A stretch of 46,191 bases of DNA from a virus. Location of the stretch: IMG/VR virus record IMGVR_UViG_3300029905_000012. One strand, 5' to 3'. Within the stretch, counting starts at the first letter, position 1. Each line of letters opens with the position of its first letter. The notes under the pieces were generated by a model, which saw only the letters and a list, made by a program, of their open reading frames with translations, was not told the DNA's origin and did no database searches. Both the position numbers and the translations under genes were made by a program. Below are positions 13,766 through 22,615 of the stretch, piece after piece.

Positions 13766-16257
13766 CGTACAGAGAGTTTCTGGAGGGCAAGATCGACGTC
13801 GCGCCGCTGTCCGGCCTGGACGTGGGAGAAGATGAACTGAACCCTATCCTCAAGCCTCACCAGCGTGCCAGCGTGCTGTGGGCGCTGCGTGGCGGACGCC
13901 GGGCGATCTTCGCCCGGTTTGGCCTGGGCAAAACCGTTATGCAGCTGGAATGGTGCAGGCTGGTGCAAAAACACGCCGGCGGGAAAGCGCTGATCGTTCT
14001 GCCCCTCAATGTCAAGCGAGAGTTTGTGGACGATGCCGAAAACCTGCTGCACATTGCCCCGCCGGTCTATGTCCGCACACAGGCCGAGGCAGACGCAGCG
14101 GATGCTCCCATCCTCATGACCAACTACGAGCGGGTACGAGACGGCGACGTAGACCCGCGCGCCTTCGCGGCCGTCAGCCTGGACGAGGCAGCCACCCTGC
14201 GCAGTTTCGGCAGCAAGACCTACCAGGTGTTCCTGGACAAGTTCAAGGGCATCCGGTATAAGCTGGTCAATACGGCCACCCCGTCGCCCAACCGATACAA
14301 AGAGCTGATCCACTACGCAGGTTTCCTTGAGATCATGGACACCGGCCAGGCTCTCACGCGGTTTTTCAAGCGGGACAGCACCAAGGCCAACAACCTGACC
14401 CTCTACCCAGGCCGGGAGCGGGAATTCTGGATCTGGTGCGCGTCGTGGGGGCTGTTCCTGCAAAAGCCGTCCGACCTGGGATTTTCGGACGAGGGATACA
14501 GCCTGCCGCCGCTGGACATCCGCTACCATCGGCTGGACACCGACCTTGCCGACGCCGGATGTGACCGGGACGGCCAGCTCAAGCTGGCGCGGGACGCGGC
14601 CTTCGGCCTGCGGGACGCCGCGCGGGAAAAGCGGGAAAGCATCGACGCCCGCGTCGCAGAGGCAAAACGCATCATCGAAAGCGACCCGGACGCCCACTTC
14701 GTCCTCTGGCACGACCTTGAAGCCGAACGCATGGCCATCAAACAGGCCATCCCGGGTGCCGTTGACATCTACGGGTCCATGGAGGTGGAAGAACGGGAAA
14801 AACGGGTGGAGGATTTCGCCTACGGCCGGACCCGTATCTTTGCCACCAAAAAGAGCTTGTCCGGCAGCGGATGCAATTTCCAGAGGTATTGCCACCGGGC
14901 CATTTTCCTGGGCATCGACTATGAGTTCAACGACTTCATTCAGGCCATCCATCGCATTTACCGCTTTTTGCAGGCACAGCCGGTAATCATCGACATCATC
15001 TACATGGACAGCGAGGCCGAGATTCTGCGGGCGCTCAAGCAAAAGTGGCGGCAGTATGATGCGTTGACCGAGACAATGGAGCAGCTGATCCGGCAATACG
15101 GCCTGGGCACGGCCGCGCTGGAGACCTTGAAACGCACGATAGGAGTGGAGAGAGTGGAAGTCACAGGCAATCAATACAGGGCCATCCACAATGACTGTGT
15201 AGAGGAGCTGAAAACATGGCCTGACAACAGTGTGGACATGATCCTGACCAGTATCCCGTTCGGCAATCACTACGAGTACAGCCCCAGTTACAACGATTTT
15301 GGGCACAACCCGGACGACGAAGCCTTTTTCCGGCAGATGGACTTCCTTACGCCCAACCTGCTGCGGGTGCTGCGGCCCGGACGGGTAGCGGCCATCCATG
15401 TCAAGGACCGTATCCTGTTCGGCAACGCAACCGGCCTCGGAATGCCCAGCGTCGAGCCGTTCCACGCAGACACCATCCGGCACTTCATGCAGCACGGCTT
15501 TGTGTTCTTCGGCATGGTCACCATCGTCACCGATGTGGTGCGGGAGAACAACCAGACTTACCGTCTGGGCTGGACTGAGCAGTGCAAAGACGGCTCCAAA
15601 ATGGGCGTTGGCTGTCCCGAGTACCTGCTGCTGTTCCGCAAGCTGCCCACAGACCGCTCCAAGGCCTACGCTGATGTGCCAGTCAAAAAGAGCAAAGAGG
15701 ACTACACCCGCGCGCAGTGGCAGATCGACGCGCACGCATATTGGCGCTCAAGCGGCGACCGCCTGGTCACCAAAGCGGAAGTCGAGGCCGCGCCCGTGGA
15801 CAAGCTGCAGGCTGTCTACCGCCAATACAGCCGCGACCATGTGTACAGCTATGACGACCACGTCCGCCTGGCCAAAGAACTTGACCAGGAAAGCCGCCTG
15901 CCGGCCACCTTCATGGTCTGCGCGCCGGGCAGTTGGACGGACGGTGTGTGGGACGACATCAACCGGATGCGCACCCTCAACACCAGCCAGCGGCTGAAAA
16001 AGCGGGAGATGCACATCTGCCCCCTGCAGCTCGATATTGTGGAGCGCGCCATCAACCGCTGGTCAAATCCCGGCGACACCATCCTTGACCCCTTCGGCGG
16101 CCTGATGACGGTGCCTTACATGGCCATCAAGATGCAGCGTTATGGCGTGGGCATCGAGCTGAACCCCGATTATTTCCGGGACGGCGTGGGCTACCTGCAA
16201 GAGGCCGACGAGGCTGGAAAGATGTTTACTTTATTCGATTTGGCGGGGGGTCTTTAA
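13762..16257 (+). CDS. Helicase (SF2/SNF2-like) fused to an N4/N6 DNA methyltransferase
   Basis: The N-terminal half has KPHQ..FGLGKT and SLDEAATLRS. The C-terminal half has ILTSIPFGNHYEY (motif IV-like) and ILDPFGGLMTVPY (FxGxG SAM motif). Confidence 0.8.
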   Translation: MTYREFLEGKIDVAPLSGLDVGEDELNPILKPHQRASVLWALRGGRRAIFARFGLGKTVMQLEWCRLVQKHAGGKALIVLPLNVKREFVDDAENLLHIAPPVYVRTQAEADAADAPILMTNYERVRDGDVDPRAFAAVSLDEAATLRSFGSKTYQVFLDKFKGIRYKLVNTATPSPNRYKELIHYAGFLEIMDTGQALTRFFKRDSTKANNLTLYPGREREFWIWCASWGLFLQKPSDLGFSDEGYSLPPLDIRYHRLDTDLADAGCDRDGQLKLARDAAFGLRDAAREKRESIDARVAEAKRIIESDPDAHFVLWHDLEAERMAIKQAIPGAVDIYGSMEVEEREKRVEDFAYGRTRIFATKKSLSGSGCNFQRYCHRAIFLGIDYEFNDFIQAIHRIYRFLQAQPVIIDIIYMDSEAEILRALKQKWRQYDALTETMEQLIRQYGLGTAALETLKRTIGVERVEVTGNQYRAIHNDCVEELKTWPDNSVDMILTSIPFGNHYEYSPSYNDFGHNPDDEAFFRQMDFLTPNLLRVLRPGRVAAIHVKDRILFGNATGLGMPSVEPFHADTIRHFMQHGFVFFGMVTIVTDVVRENNQTYRLGWTEQCKDGSKMGVGCPEYLLLFRKLPTDRSKAYADVPVKKSKEDYTRAQWQIDAHAYWRSSGDRLVTKAEVEAAPVDKLQAVYRQYSRDHVYSYDDHVRLAKELDQESRLPATFMVCAPGSWTDGVWDDINRMRTLNTSQRLKKREMHICPLQLDIVERAINRWSNPGDTILDPFGGLMTVPYMAIKMQRYGVGIELNPDYFRDGVGYLQEADEAGKMFTLFDLAGGL

Positions 16258-16259
16258 CC

Positions 16260-16451
16260 ATGAAGAAAGTCTACATCCTAACCATCGACCTCGAGAATCT
16301 GCGACCGCATGGAGAATGGGTAGTGCTCCAAATCGACAACTATTCTAATTGCGCAATTTTTGGATGTAGCCAGTGCAAAACTGCCGCAGGGATTATTACA
16401 AGACCGACATGGAGATTTTGCCCCCACTGCGGAGCAAAGATGGAGAACTGA
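16260..16451 (+). CDS. Small zinc-ribbon protein
   Basis: 63 aa with CSQC..CPHC. It lies in the lower-GC island. Confidence 0.55.
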   Translation: MKKVYILTIDLENLRPHGEWVVLQIDNYSNCAIFGCSQCKTAAGIITRPTWRFCPHCGAKMEN

Positions 16452-16453
16452 CC

Positions 16454-16663
16454 ATGAGCAACGAGATTATGTTTCCGGACGTAAACGCGCAAGCGTTGAA
16501 AATTGTTAAATATAACCTCGAAAACCCAGATGTCACCATCAGCGAAAAAACAGAAGCCATAAAGCGCGTTGCAGAAATGAAGGCACACGACAACCTGAGC
16601 AAGGCGGATTTGATCTTCGCGCTGCGCTGGCTTTTCCGGTATTACGACTTTTTGGAGGAATAA
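16454..16663 (+). CDS. Hypothetical protein (69 aa)
   Basis: ATG 16454 lies 3 nt after the previous stop. Lower-GC island. Confidence 0.5.
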   Translation: MSNEIMFPDVNAQALKIVKYNLENPDVTISEKTEAIKRVAEMKAHDNLSKADLIFALRWLFRYYDFLEE

Positions 16664-16665
16664 CT

Positions 16666-17013
16666 ATGCGAAAGATAGCTGAAATCAAGAATGACAAACG
16701 TCTCCGAATCGTAGATTCCGGGTTTGATGGTATGGCCTGCTACATCAACGACAAGCGGTACAAGGCACCGCGGGAAATGGCCATTATCGCATCGTGGGCC
16801 GGTGGTTGGGAGCACGTCAGTGTGAGCCTTCGAAACAGGTGCCCCACATGGGAAGAAATGTGCCTTGTGAAGGATATTTTTTGGAGGGATGACGAATGCG
16901 CTGTTCAGTTCCATCCGCCTAAAAACGAGTATGTTAACCTCCACCCGTATTGCCTGCACCTATGGAAGAAGATCGGCGAAGAAACAGACCTGCCGCCGAA
17001 AGAATTTGTTTGA
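16666..17013 (+). CDS. Conserved phage protein (WEHVSVS / LHLW motif family)
   Basis: 115 aa. GGWEHVSVS..PTWEEM..FW..QFHPP..YVN.HPYCLHLW is a recurrent phage domain of unknown function. Confidence 0.6.
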   Translation: MRKIAEIKNDKRLRIVDSGFDGMACYINDKRYKAPREMAIIASWAGGWEHVSVSLRNRCPTWEEMCLVKDIFWRDDECAVQFHPPKNEYVNLHPYCLHLWKKIGEETDLPPKEFV

Positions 17014-17026
17014 TTTGGAGGTGCCC

Positions 17027-17458
17027 ATGACATACCCTGAAAAAATCGCCTATCTCTACCGCTACCGCGACGCGCTGCGGCGGGAAAAGACCATCGCGGA
17101 TGAGATCGAGGCCCTGCGCGCCGAAGCCGCCCGCGTCACTCAGGCGCTGACCGGGATGCCCGGCGGCGGGGACGGGCAGGCCATCCCGCGGGCGGTGGAG
17201 CGGATCGTGGACGCGCAGCAGCGCCTCGCCGCCGAGGCTGCGCGCTGCGCCGCCGCCCGCGCCGAGGTCAGGGCGGCCATTGATACCGTGCCCGACCCCC
17301 TGCGCCGGGACATCCTGACCCGGAGGTACATCCTCGGCCAGCGCTGGGAGCGGATCGCGGCCGACCACAATGTCACCCTGCGATGGGCGGCAAAACAGCA
17401 CCACCGGACGGTGGATGCGATGGAAATTTCGCCCGAAAATCCCGAAAGAGTTCCTTGA
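17027..17458 (+). CDS. Sigma-70 region-4-like DNA-binding protein (putative late-gene regulator)
   Basis: ATG 17027 follows GGAGG. The C-terminus RRDILTRRYILGQRWERIAADHNVTLRWAAKQHHRTV is a sigma-r4-type HTH. It sits just upstream of the packaging genes. Confidence 0.6.
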   Translation: MTYPEKIAYLYRYRDALRREKTIADEIEALRAEAARVTQALTGMPGGGDGQAIPRAVERIVDAQQRLAAEAARCAAARAEVRAAIDTVPDPLRRDILTRRYILGQRWERIAADHNVTLRWAAKQHHRTVDAMEISPENPERVP

Positions 17459-17492
17459 AGTTCCTATTTCGGGCGAGGTATACTGTACTCGT

Positions 17493-17527
17493 AGAGCCAC
17501 GGATGGAGACACCCGCGGCTCTTTTTG
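17493..17527 (+). terminator. Hairpin plus T-run upstream of the tRNA
   Basis: agagccacgg / ccgcggctct (one mismatch) followed by tttttg. Confidence 0.55.
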
Positions 17528-17530
17528 TAT

Positions 17531-17604
17531 GCGGCGGTAGCTCAATGCAGAGCGGCGGTCTCCAAAACCGCGGGCTGCAGGTTCGACTCCTGCCCGTCGT
17601 GCCA
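17531..17604 (+). tRNA. tRNA-Trp: tRNA-Trp (anticodon CCA)
   Basis: Manual fold: acceptor gcggcgg/ccgtcgt (two G-U pairs), D-arm gctc-aatgca-gagc, anticodon arm gcggt-ctCCAaa-accgc, variable loop gggct, T-arm gcagg-ttcgact-cctgc, discriminator G, encoded CCA. It is close to E. coli tRNA-Trp in the anticodon and T arms. Confidence 0.9.
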
Positions 17605-17885
17605 GCATCCGGGACCCCGTAACCGGACCTCGAAAGCGCATGGTGGTTTCTTTGTGCATACACTCCTTTCCCACCGCCGGGAGCTGCGGGCGTCCCCCTT
17701 CGCGCCCGCCCAGGTCGGAGGCCCCGGAAGGCTGTAACAGGCCTGTGCGCTTTATTTTTTGTTTCGCGGGTCCTTCCTGGAGGGATTGGCCCTGCGGGGC
17801 ACGGAAGGCCCGATGCTTTTCTGCGAAAAAAATTCAACAAAATTCACACTTCGTTACAACTAACTTTGCAGAATGAAATGACAGC

Positions 17886-18443
17886 ATGAGAAACGTTGAA
17901 AATGGAAAGGCGTTTGCCGGTGGACTCTACCGCGTGGAGGTCGTGGCGGACCTGTTTGGGGTGAGTGTGCGGCGTATCCAGCAGCTCACCCAGGAGGGCG
18001 TCCTGCCGACCACCGAAACCCCGGACGGACGCCGGTATGATCTTGTGCCGACGGTGCAGAAGTACACGGCCTATCTGTCCGACAAGGCCTACGGGCGCAG
18101 CAAAACGGACAAAGAGGCCGAACTCAAGGAGCAGAAGCTGCGGGCCGAAATCGCCCTGAAAAACAGCCAGGCCGAGCTGCACAAGCTGAAAACGGCCATT
18201 GAAAAGGGCGAGTACATCGAGGTCAGCCAGGCGGTGGATGAGCTGTCCGACTTTATGGCAAACTTCAAAAAATTTGCCTATGGAATGACCTCACGCCTGG
18301 CCGGCATGCTGACCGGCTATGTGGATGCAACCACCGTGAGAAGTACGCAGCGGTCGCTGCGAAAGGAGTTGGATACCATGCTGAATGCCTTTGTGGACGG
18401 GATGCGGCTGAAAGGTGACGACCAGGGCGGGATGAAGGCGTGA
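17886..18443 (+). CDS. terS: Terminase small subunit (N-terminal MerR-like HTH)
   Basis: The HTH is VADLFGVSVRRIQQLTQEGVLP. It lies directly upstream of TerL and overlaps it. Confidence 0.7.
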   Translation: MRNVENGKAFAGGLYRVEVVADLFGVSVRRIQQLTQEGVLPTTETPDGRRYDLVPTVQKYTAYLSDKAYGRSKTDKEAELKEQKLRAEIALKNSQAELHKLKTAIEKGEYIEVSQAVDELSDFMANFKKFAYGMTSRLAGMLTGYVDATTVRSTQRSLRKELDTMLNAFVDGMRLKGDDQGGMKA

Positions 18444-20290
18444 GCCGTCGCCCTGCGGTAAAGCCCTATGATCTGCCGGCGTGGATGGCTCCCGCCGTTG
18501 AACTGCTGCGCCCGCGGGAGCGGCTGAGCGTGTCCGCGTGGGCCGAGAAAAACCGTATCCTCCCGGACAGCAATTCCATTTCAGGCCCCTGGCGCAATGC
18601 TCTCACCCCCTACCTGACCGAGATCATGGACGCCTTCAGCGACGATACCACCGAGCGGATCGTCTTTGTCAAGCCCACCCAGGTGGGCGGCACGTCGGCT
18701 ATGGAGAACGCTCTGGGCAGCGCCATCGATCAGGACCCGGCGCCAGCCATGATCGTCTATCCTTCCGACGAGCTGGCCGAGCGGACCGTCGAAGCAAAGC
18801 TGGGGCCGATGTTCCGCCAGTGCAAGCCGCTGCGGGCCAAGTACAGGGAGCATGAGAGCAAGGTCCTCGCGCAGAAATTCCGGGACATGACCGTCTATCT
18901 GACCGGCGCCAACAGCCCGGCCGACCTGGCGTCCACCCCCATCCGGTACCTGTTCCTCGATGAGGTGGACAAGTACCCCGGAGCGACAAAGCGCGAGGCC
19001 GACCCCATCTCCCTGGCCATCGAGCGCACCAAGACCTACATCTTCAACCGCAAGATCTTCATGGCGTCCACCCCCACCCTCAAGACCGGCCCCATCTGGA
19101 AGGCCAAAGAGGAGGCGGACGCCGAAAAACACTATTTCGTGCCCTGCCCGCACTGCGGCAGGTACATCGAGCTGAAATTCGCGCAGCTCAAATGGCCCAG
19201 CAAGGACGACGTGCCCGACCGGGCAAAGCGCGCCGACATGACCACCTACCTGTGCCAGGAGTGCGGCTGCATCATCACCGACCGGGACAAGGGCGCCATG
19301 CTGCGCGCCGGCCAGTGGCAGTACGTCCGGCAGGACGCGCAGACGCCCAAGAGCGTGGCCTACTGGATGAACACCCTATACTCCCCGTTCACCTCCTTCT
19401 CGGACATCGCGCGGGAGTTCATGAAGTCAAAGGACGACCCCGACCTGCTGCACAACTTTGTCAATTCGTGGCTGGCCGAACCGTGGGAGGATACCAAGCT
19501 CAAGACCAACGCCGAGATGGTGATGGAGCGCCAGACTGCCGTGCCGGCCTGGGAGCTGCCTGCCTGGGCCAAGCTGTTGACCGGCGGCATCGACGTGCAG
19601 GAAAACTGCCTGTACTGGACCATCCGGGCCTGGGGCGACTACATGACCAGCCAGAACGTGGCGCACGGGCAGGCCCTCTCGATGGACGAGGTCGAGCGGA
19701 TCATGAACACCGAGTTCCGCGCCCCGGACGGCGGGTCCATGATGGTGGACCTCGCCCTGATGGACAGCGGCGATCAGACCGACGCCGTCTACAATTTCTG
19801 CATCGCCAACACCGAGTGGGTGCGGCCCTGCAAGGGCGTGTCCAACCTGCAGGGGCATTACCGCATCTCCACCGTGGACAAGGCCGGCAGCCGGGCCAAC
19901 GGCCTGCAGCTCATCCTGGTGGACGGCGGCAAGTACAAGGACATGATCGCCGCCCGGATGCGCCGCCCGAACGGCAGCGGGTCGTGGATGGTTCACAAGG
20001 ACTGCGACCTCGACTACGCCGAGCAGGTCACGTCCGAACACAAGGTCACCGAGCGGGTCAACGGCAGAGAGGTGCAGCGGTGGGCGGTAAAATCCTCCCA
20101 CGCCGACAACCACTACCTGGACTGTGAGGTCTATGCAGCGGCCGCCGCCGACATCATGGAGGTGCGCTCGCTCTACCTGTGGGACGATGCCGCAGCGGCT
20201 GCACAAACGCCGCCGGCCGCTGCGCCGGCGCAGCGCCATCAGCCCGCGCCCGAAGAAGATTGGATCAGGGAAAACGAAAACTGGCTCTGA
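18440..20290 (+). CDS. terL: Terminase large subunit, GpA (lambda-like) family
   Basis: WAEKNRILP..SGPWRN..TPYL.EIMDAFSD..IVFVKPTQVGGT, LFLDEVDKYP and a CPHCG..CQECG zinc motif are typical of GpA-type terminases. Confidence 0.9.
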   Translation: MSRRPAVKPYDLPAWMAPAVELLRPRERLSVSAWAEKNRILPDSNSISGPWRNALTPYLTEIMDAFSDDTTERIVFVKPTQVGGTSAMENALGSAIDQDPAPAMIVYPSDELAERTVEAKLGPMFRQCKPLRAKYREHESKVLAQKFRDMTVYLTGANSPADLASTPIRYLFLDEVDKYPGATKREADPISLAIERTKTYIFNRKIFMASTPTLKTGPIWKAKEEADAEKHYFVPCPHCGRYIELKFAQLKWPSKDDVPDRAKRADMTTYLCQECGCIITDRDKGAMLRAGQWQYVRQDAQTPKSVAYWMNTLYSPFTSFSDIAREFMKSKDDPDLLHNFVNSWLAEPWEDTKLKTNAEMVMERQTAVPAWELPAWAKLLTGGIDVQENCLYWTIRAWGDYMTSQNVAHGQALSMDEVERIMNTEFRAPDGGSMMVDLALMDSGDQTDAVYNFCIANTEWVRPCKGVSNLQGHYRISTVDKAGSRANGLQLILVDGGKYKDMIAARMRRPNGSGSWMVHKDCDLDYAEQVTSEHKVTERVNGREVQRWAVKSSHADNHYLDCEVYAAAAADIMEVRSLYLWDDAAAAAQTPPAAAPAQRHQPAPEEDWIRENENWL

Positions 20291-20299
20291 GGAGGCCCC

Positions 20300-20527
20300 A
20301 TGAAAAACACGACCAAAGATAAAACCGAGCTGCTGGGGCAGGTCAATGCGGCGATCAAGACCATCCTGGTCGGCGGCCAGTCCTACAAGATCGGCAGCCG
20401 GTCGCTGACGCGGGCCGACCTCGCCATGCTCAAATCCCTGCGGGACGACCTGGAAGCCCAGATTGCCGACGACGACAGCGGGCCGCTACTGGGCCGCACC
20501 TATGTGGCCTTTTTTGACGGGAGGTGA
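20300..20527 (+). CDS. Head-tail joining protein, gpW-like
   Basis: 75 aa, located between TerL and the portal as in lambda. The pattern is ..GGQSYKIGSRSLTRADLAMLKSLRDDLE. Confidence 0.7.
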   Translation: MKNTTKDKTELLGQVNAAIKTILVGGQSYKIGSRSLTRADLAMLKSLRDDLEAQIADDDSGPLLGRTYVAFFDGR

Positions 20528-22032
20528 TGGGGGTGGGCTTTCTCGACGATATGATCGCCGCCGTGTCCCCGCAGTGGGCCTACAAGCGGGAGGCCTGGCG
20601 GCAGAGCTATGACGCCCTGCGCCACTACGATGCCGCCGGGTACGGCCGCATCAACTCCCACTGGGCCGCCGTCAACGAGAGCGCCGAGACCACCGACCGG
20701 TTCAGCCGGGACGTGATCCGGGCCAGGGCGCGCGATCTGGAGCGCAACAGCGACATCCTGCAGGCCATCGTCCTGGCCTACAAGCGCAATGTGGTGGGCA
20801 AGGGCTATACCCTGCGGGCGAATACGGGCGACGATGATCTCAACCGGCGCATCGAAAACCTGTGGCGGCAGTGGTGCAAGGCCCGCAACTGCGACGTCAC
20901 CGGCGAACAGTCCTTCACCCAGATCCTCCGCATGGCGGTGGAGCGCAAAAAGGTGGACGGCGGCATCCTGTTCCTGTTCCGGCACACCTCCGGCGGCTTG
21001 GTGCCCTTCAAGCTCCAGGCCATCGAGGTGGACGAACTGGACGTGAGCCGCACCGAACCGCGCCGCCGCGGGAACCGGGTGGTGGGCGGCATCGAGTACA
21101 ACGCCTGGCGCAGGCCGGTGGGCTACTGGATACAGCAGTACGACATCGAGGGCTGGCGGATGTTGGAATCGGCCTACGTGGACGCCAAAGACGCCTACTT
21201 CCTGTACTCCAAGCGGCGACCCAGCCAGATTCGGGAAATTTCGGACATGGCCCACACCCTGACCCGCATCCGGGACGTCAACGAGTTTATCAACGCCGTC
21301 TCGGTTAAGGAACGGATCGCCGCCTGTCTGGCAGTGCTCATCAAAAAGGCCATCCCCACCGGGGGCGGCATCGGGCGCTCGGCCGGCCGCAGCCCCGACG
21401 GGCGGGTCGATTATGCCGGCAAGCGGCTGTCCCCCGGCATGATGATGGAGATGGGCGCCGGCGACGAGGCCCAGGTGATCGACCCGCACAGCGCGGCCAC
21501 CGACGCCACCGCCTTCCTGCGCACCCAGCAGAGCCTGATCGGCGCCGGGCAGGGCCTCAGCTACGAGGCCGTGTCCCGCGACATGAAAGGCTCGACCTAT
21601 TCGTCCGCACGGCAGAACGCCATCGAGGACGAGGACACCTACGCCGAGGAAGTGGAACTTCTGCAGGAGTTCATGACCGAGGTGTATGAACAGTTTGTCA
21701 TTTCGTGCTATCTCGCCGGGCTGCTCGATCTGCCCGGCTTCTGGGATAGAAAGGCCGAGTACCTGGCGCACGCCTGGGTCAAGTCGCCCAAGAAGTGGAT
21801 CGACCCGGCCAAAGAAAGCTCTGCCGGTCAGACTGCGCTGCAGTCCGGGCAGAAAACCTATCAGGACATCTGCGCCGAGCGCGGCAAAGACTGGCGGCAG
21901 GCGGTGGACGAGACTGCCGAGGTGCTGGCCTACGGCCGCGAAAGGGGCGTGAACATGGAGGAGGTGATTTTTGGAAATGGCGCACAGATCGCAGCCCAGC
22001 AAAGCGACGACCCCGAAGGAGCCGAGGAATAA
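20524..22032 (+). CDS. Portal protein, lambda family
   Basis: 502 aa. SPQWAYKREAWRQSYDALRHYDAAG..RARARDLERNSD matches lambda-type portals. Confidence 0.9.
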   Translation: MMGVGFLDDMIAAVSPQWAYKREAWRQSYDALRHYDAAGYGRINSHWAAVNESAETTDRFSRDVIRARARDLERNSDILQAIVLAYKRNVVGKGYTLRANTGDDDLNRRIENLWRQWCKARNCDVTGEQSFTQILRMAVERKKVDGGILFLFRHTSGGLVPFKLQAIEVDELDVSRTEPRRRGNRVVGGIEYNAWRRPVGYWIQQYDIEGWRMLESAYVDAKDAYFLYSKRRPSQIREISDMAHTLTRIRDVNEFINAVSVKERIAACLAVLIKKAIPTGGGIGRSAGRSPDGRVDYAGKRLSPGMMMEMGAGDEAQVIDPHSAATDATAFLRTQQSLIGAGQGLSYEAVSRDMKGSTYSSARQNAIEDEDTYAEEVELLQEFMTEVYEQFVISCYLAGLLDLPGFWDRKAEYLAHAWVKSPKKWIDPAKESSAGQTALQSGQKTYQDICAERGKDWRQAVDETAEVLAYGRERGVNMEEVIFGNGAQIAAQQSDDPEGAEE

Positions 22033-22615
22033 AGACCGCGCCACCCGCAGCATGGGCCAGTTCCTGGCCCGCGAGGAGGACGGGCAGGACAGCCGCCGGC
22101 GCATCCTCAGCTTTTCCAGCGAGGAACCGTACCAGCGGTGGTTCGGCCCGGAAATTCTCGACCACGCGGGGGACGCCGTGGACCTTGCCCGGCTGAACGA
22201 GGTGGGGGTGCTGCTTTTTAACCACGATGTGGACCGGGTGGTCGGCAGGGTGGTCCGGGCCTGGGTCGAAAACAACCGCGGCATGGCCGAGGTGGAGTTC
22301 GACACCGACGAGGACGCCGAGCGCATCTTCGAGAAGGTCCGGTCCGGCACCCTGAAGACCACGTCGGTGCGGTACCGCGTCGATGTCTGGGAGGAGGTGG
22401 CCCCCGGCAAGAAGTCGCAGGACGGCCGCTTCACCGGCCCCTGCCAGATCGCCCGGAAATGGACGCCGATGGAAGTTTCCATCGTGTCTGTGCCGGCAGA
22501 CGCCACCGTGGGCGTCGGCCGGTCCGAAGAAGACGGAGCTGCCGCCCTCGCTCTGTGGGAGCGGCAGATCAAGATCAACCAGAACAAACTCTCTGGAGGT
22601 AAACATGAACACTAG
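21977..22615 (+). CDS. Prohead maturation protease (HK97/S78-like)
   Basis: LLFNHD..VVGRV.., ..SVRYRV.. and MEVSIVSVPAD fit the prohead protease pattern. The start is uncertain: ATG 21977 has a GGAGGAGGTG RBS but overlaps the portal, and ATG 22052 is the alternative. Confidence 0.75.
   Translation: MAHRSQPSKATTPKEPRNKDRATRSMGQFLAREEDGQDSRRRILSFSSEEPYQRWFGPEILDHAGDAVDLARLNEVGVLLFNHDVDRVVGRVVRAWVENNRGMAEVEFDTDEDAERIFEKVRSGTLKTTSVRYRVDVWEEVAPGKKSQDGRFTGPCQIARKWTPMEVSIVSVPADATVGVGRSEEDGAAALALWERQIKINQNKLSGGKHEH

Noticed and set aside
17455-17484. Promoter TTGAAG-18 nt-TATACT at the end of the sigma-like regulator gene.
   Set aside because: It is plausible by sequence, but it would fire directly into the terminator-like hairpin at 17493-17527, and the -35 overlaps the coding sequence and stop. 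The evidence is too weak to list as a feature.
22383-22602. Upstream extension of the capsid ORF (track ORF starts at 22383), and similar long N-terminal extensions (9771..10478 before the Gp157-like gene, 1301..1432, 4349..4498, 35273..35413, 36541..36672).
   Set aside because: The extensions overlap the preceding genes out of frame, translate to Arg/Pro/Gly-rich junk, and internal ATGs with good Shine-Dalgarno sequences fit the gene packing.
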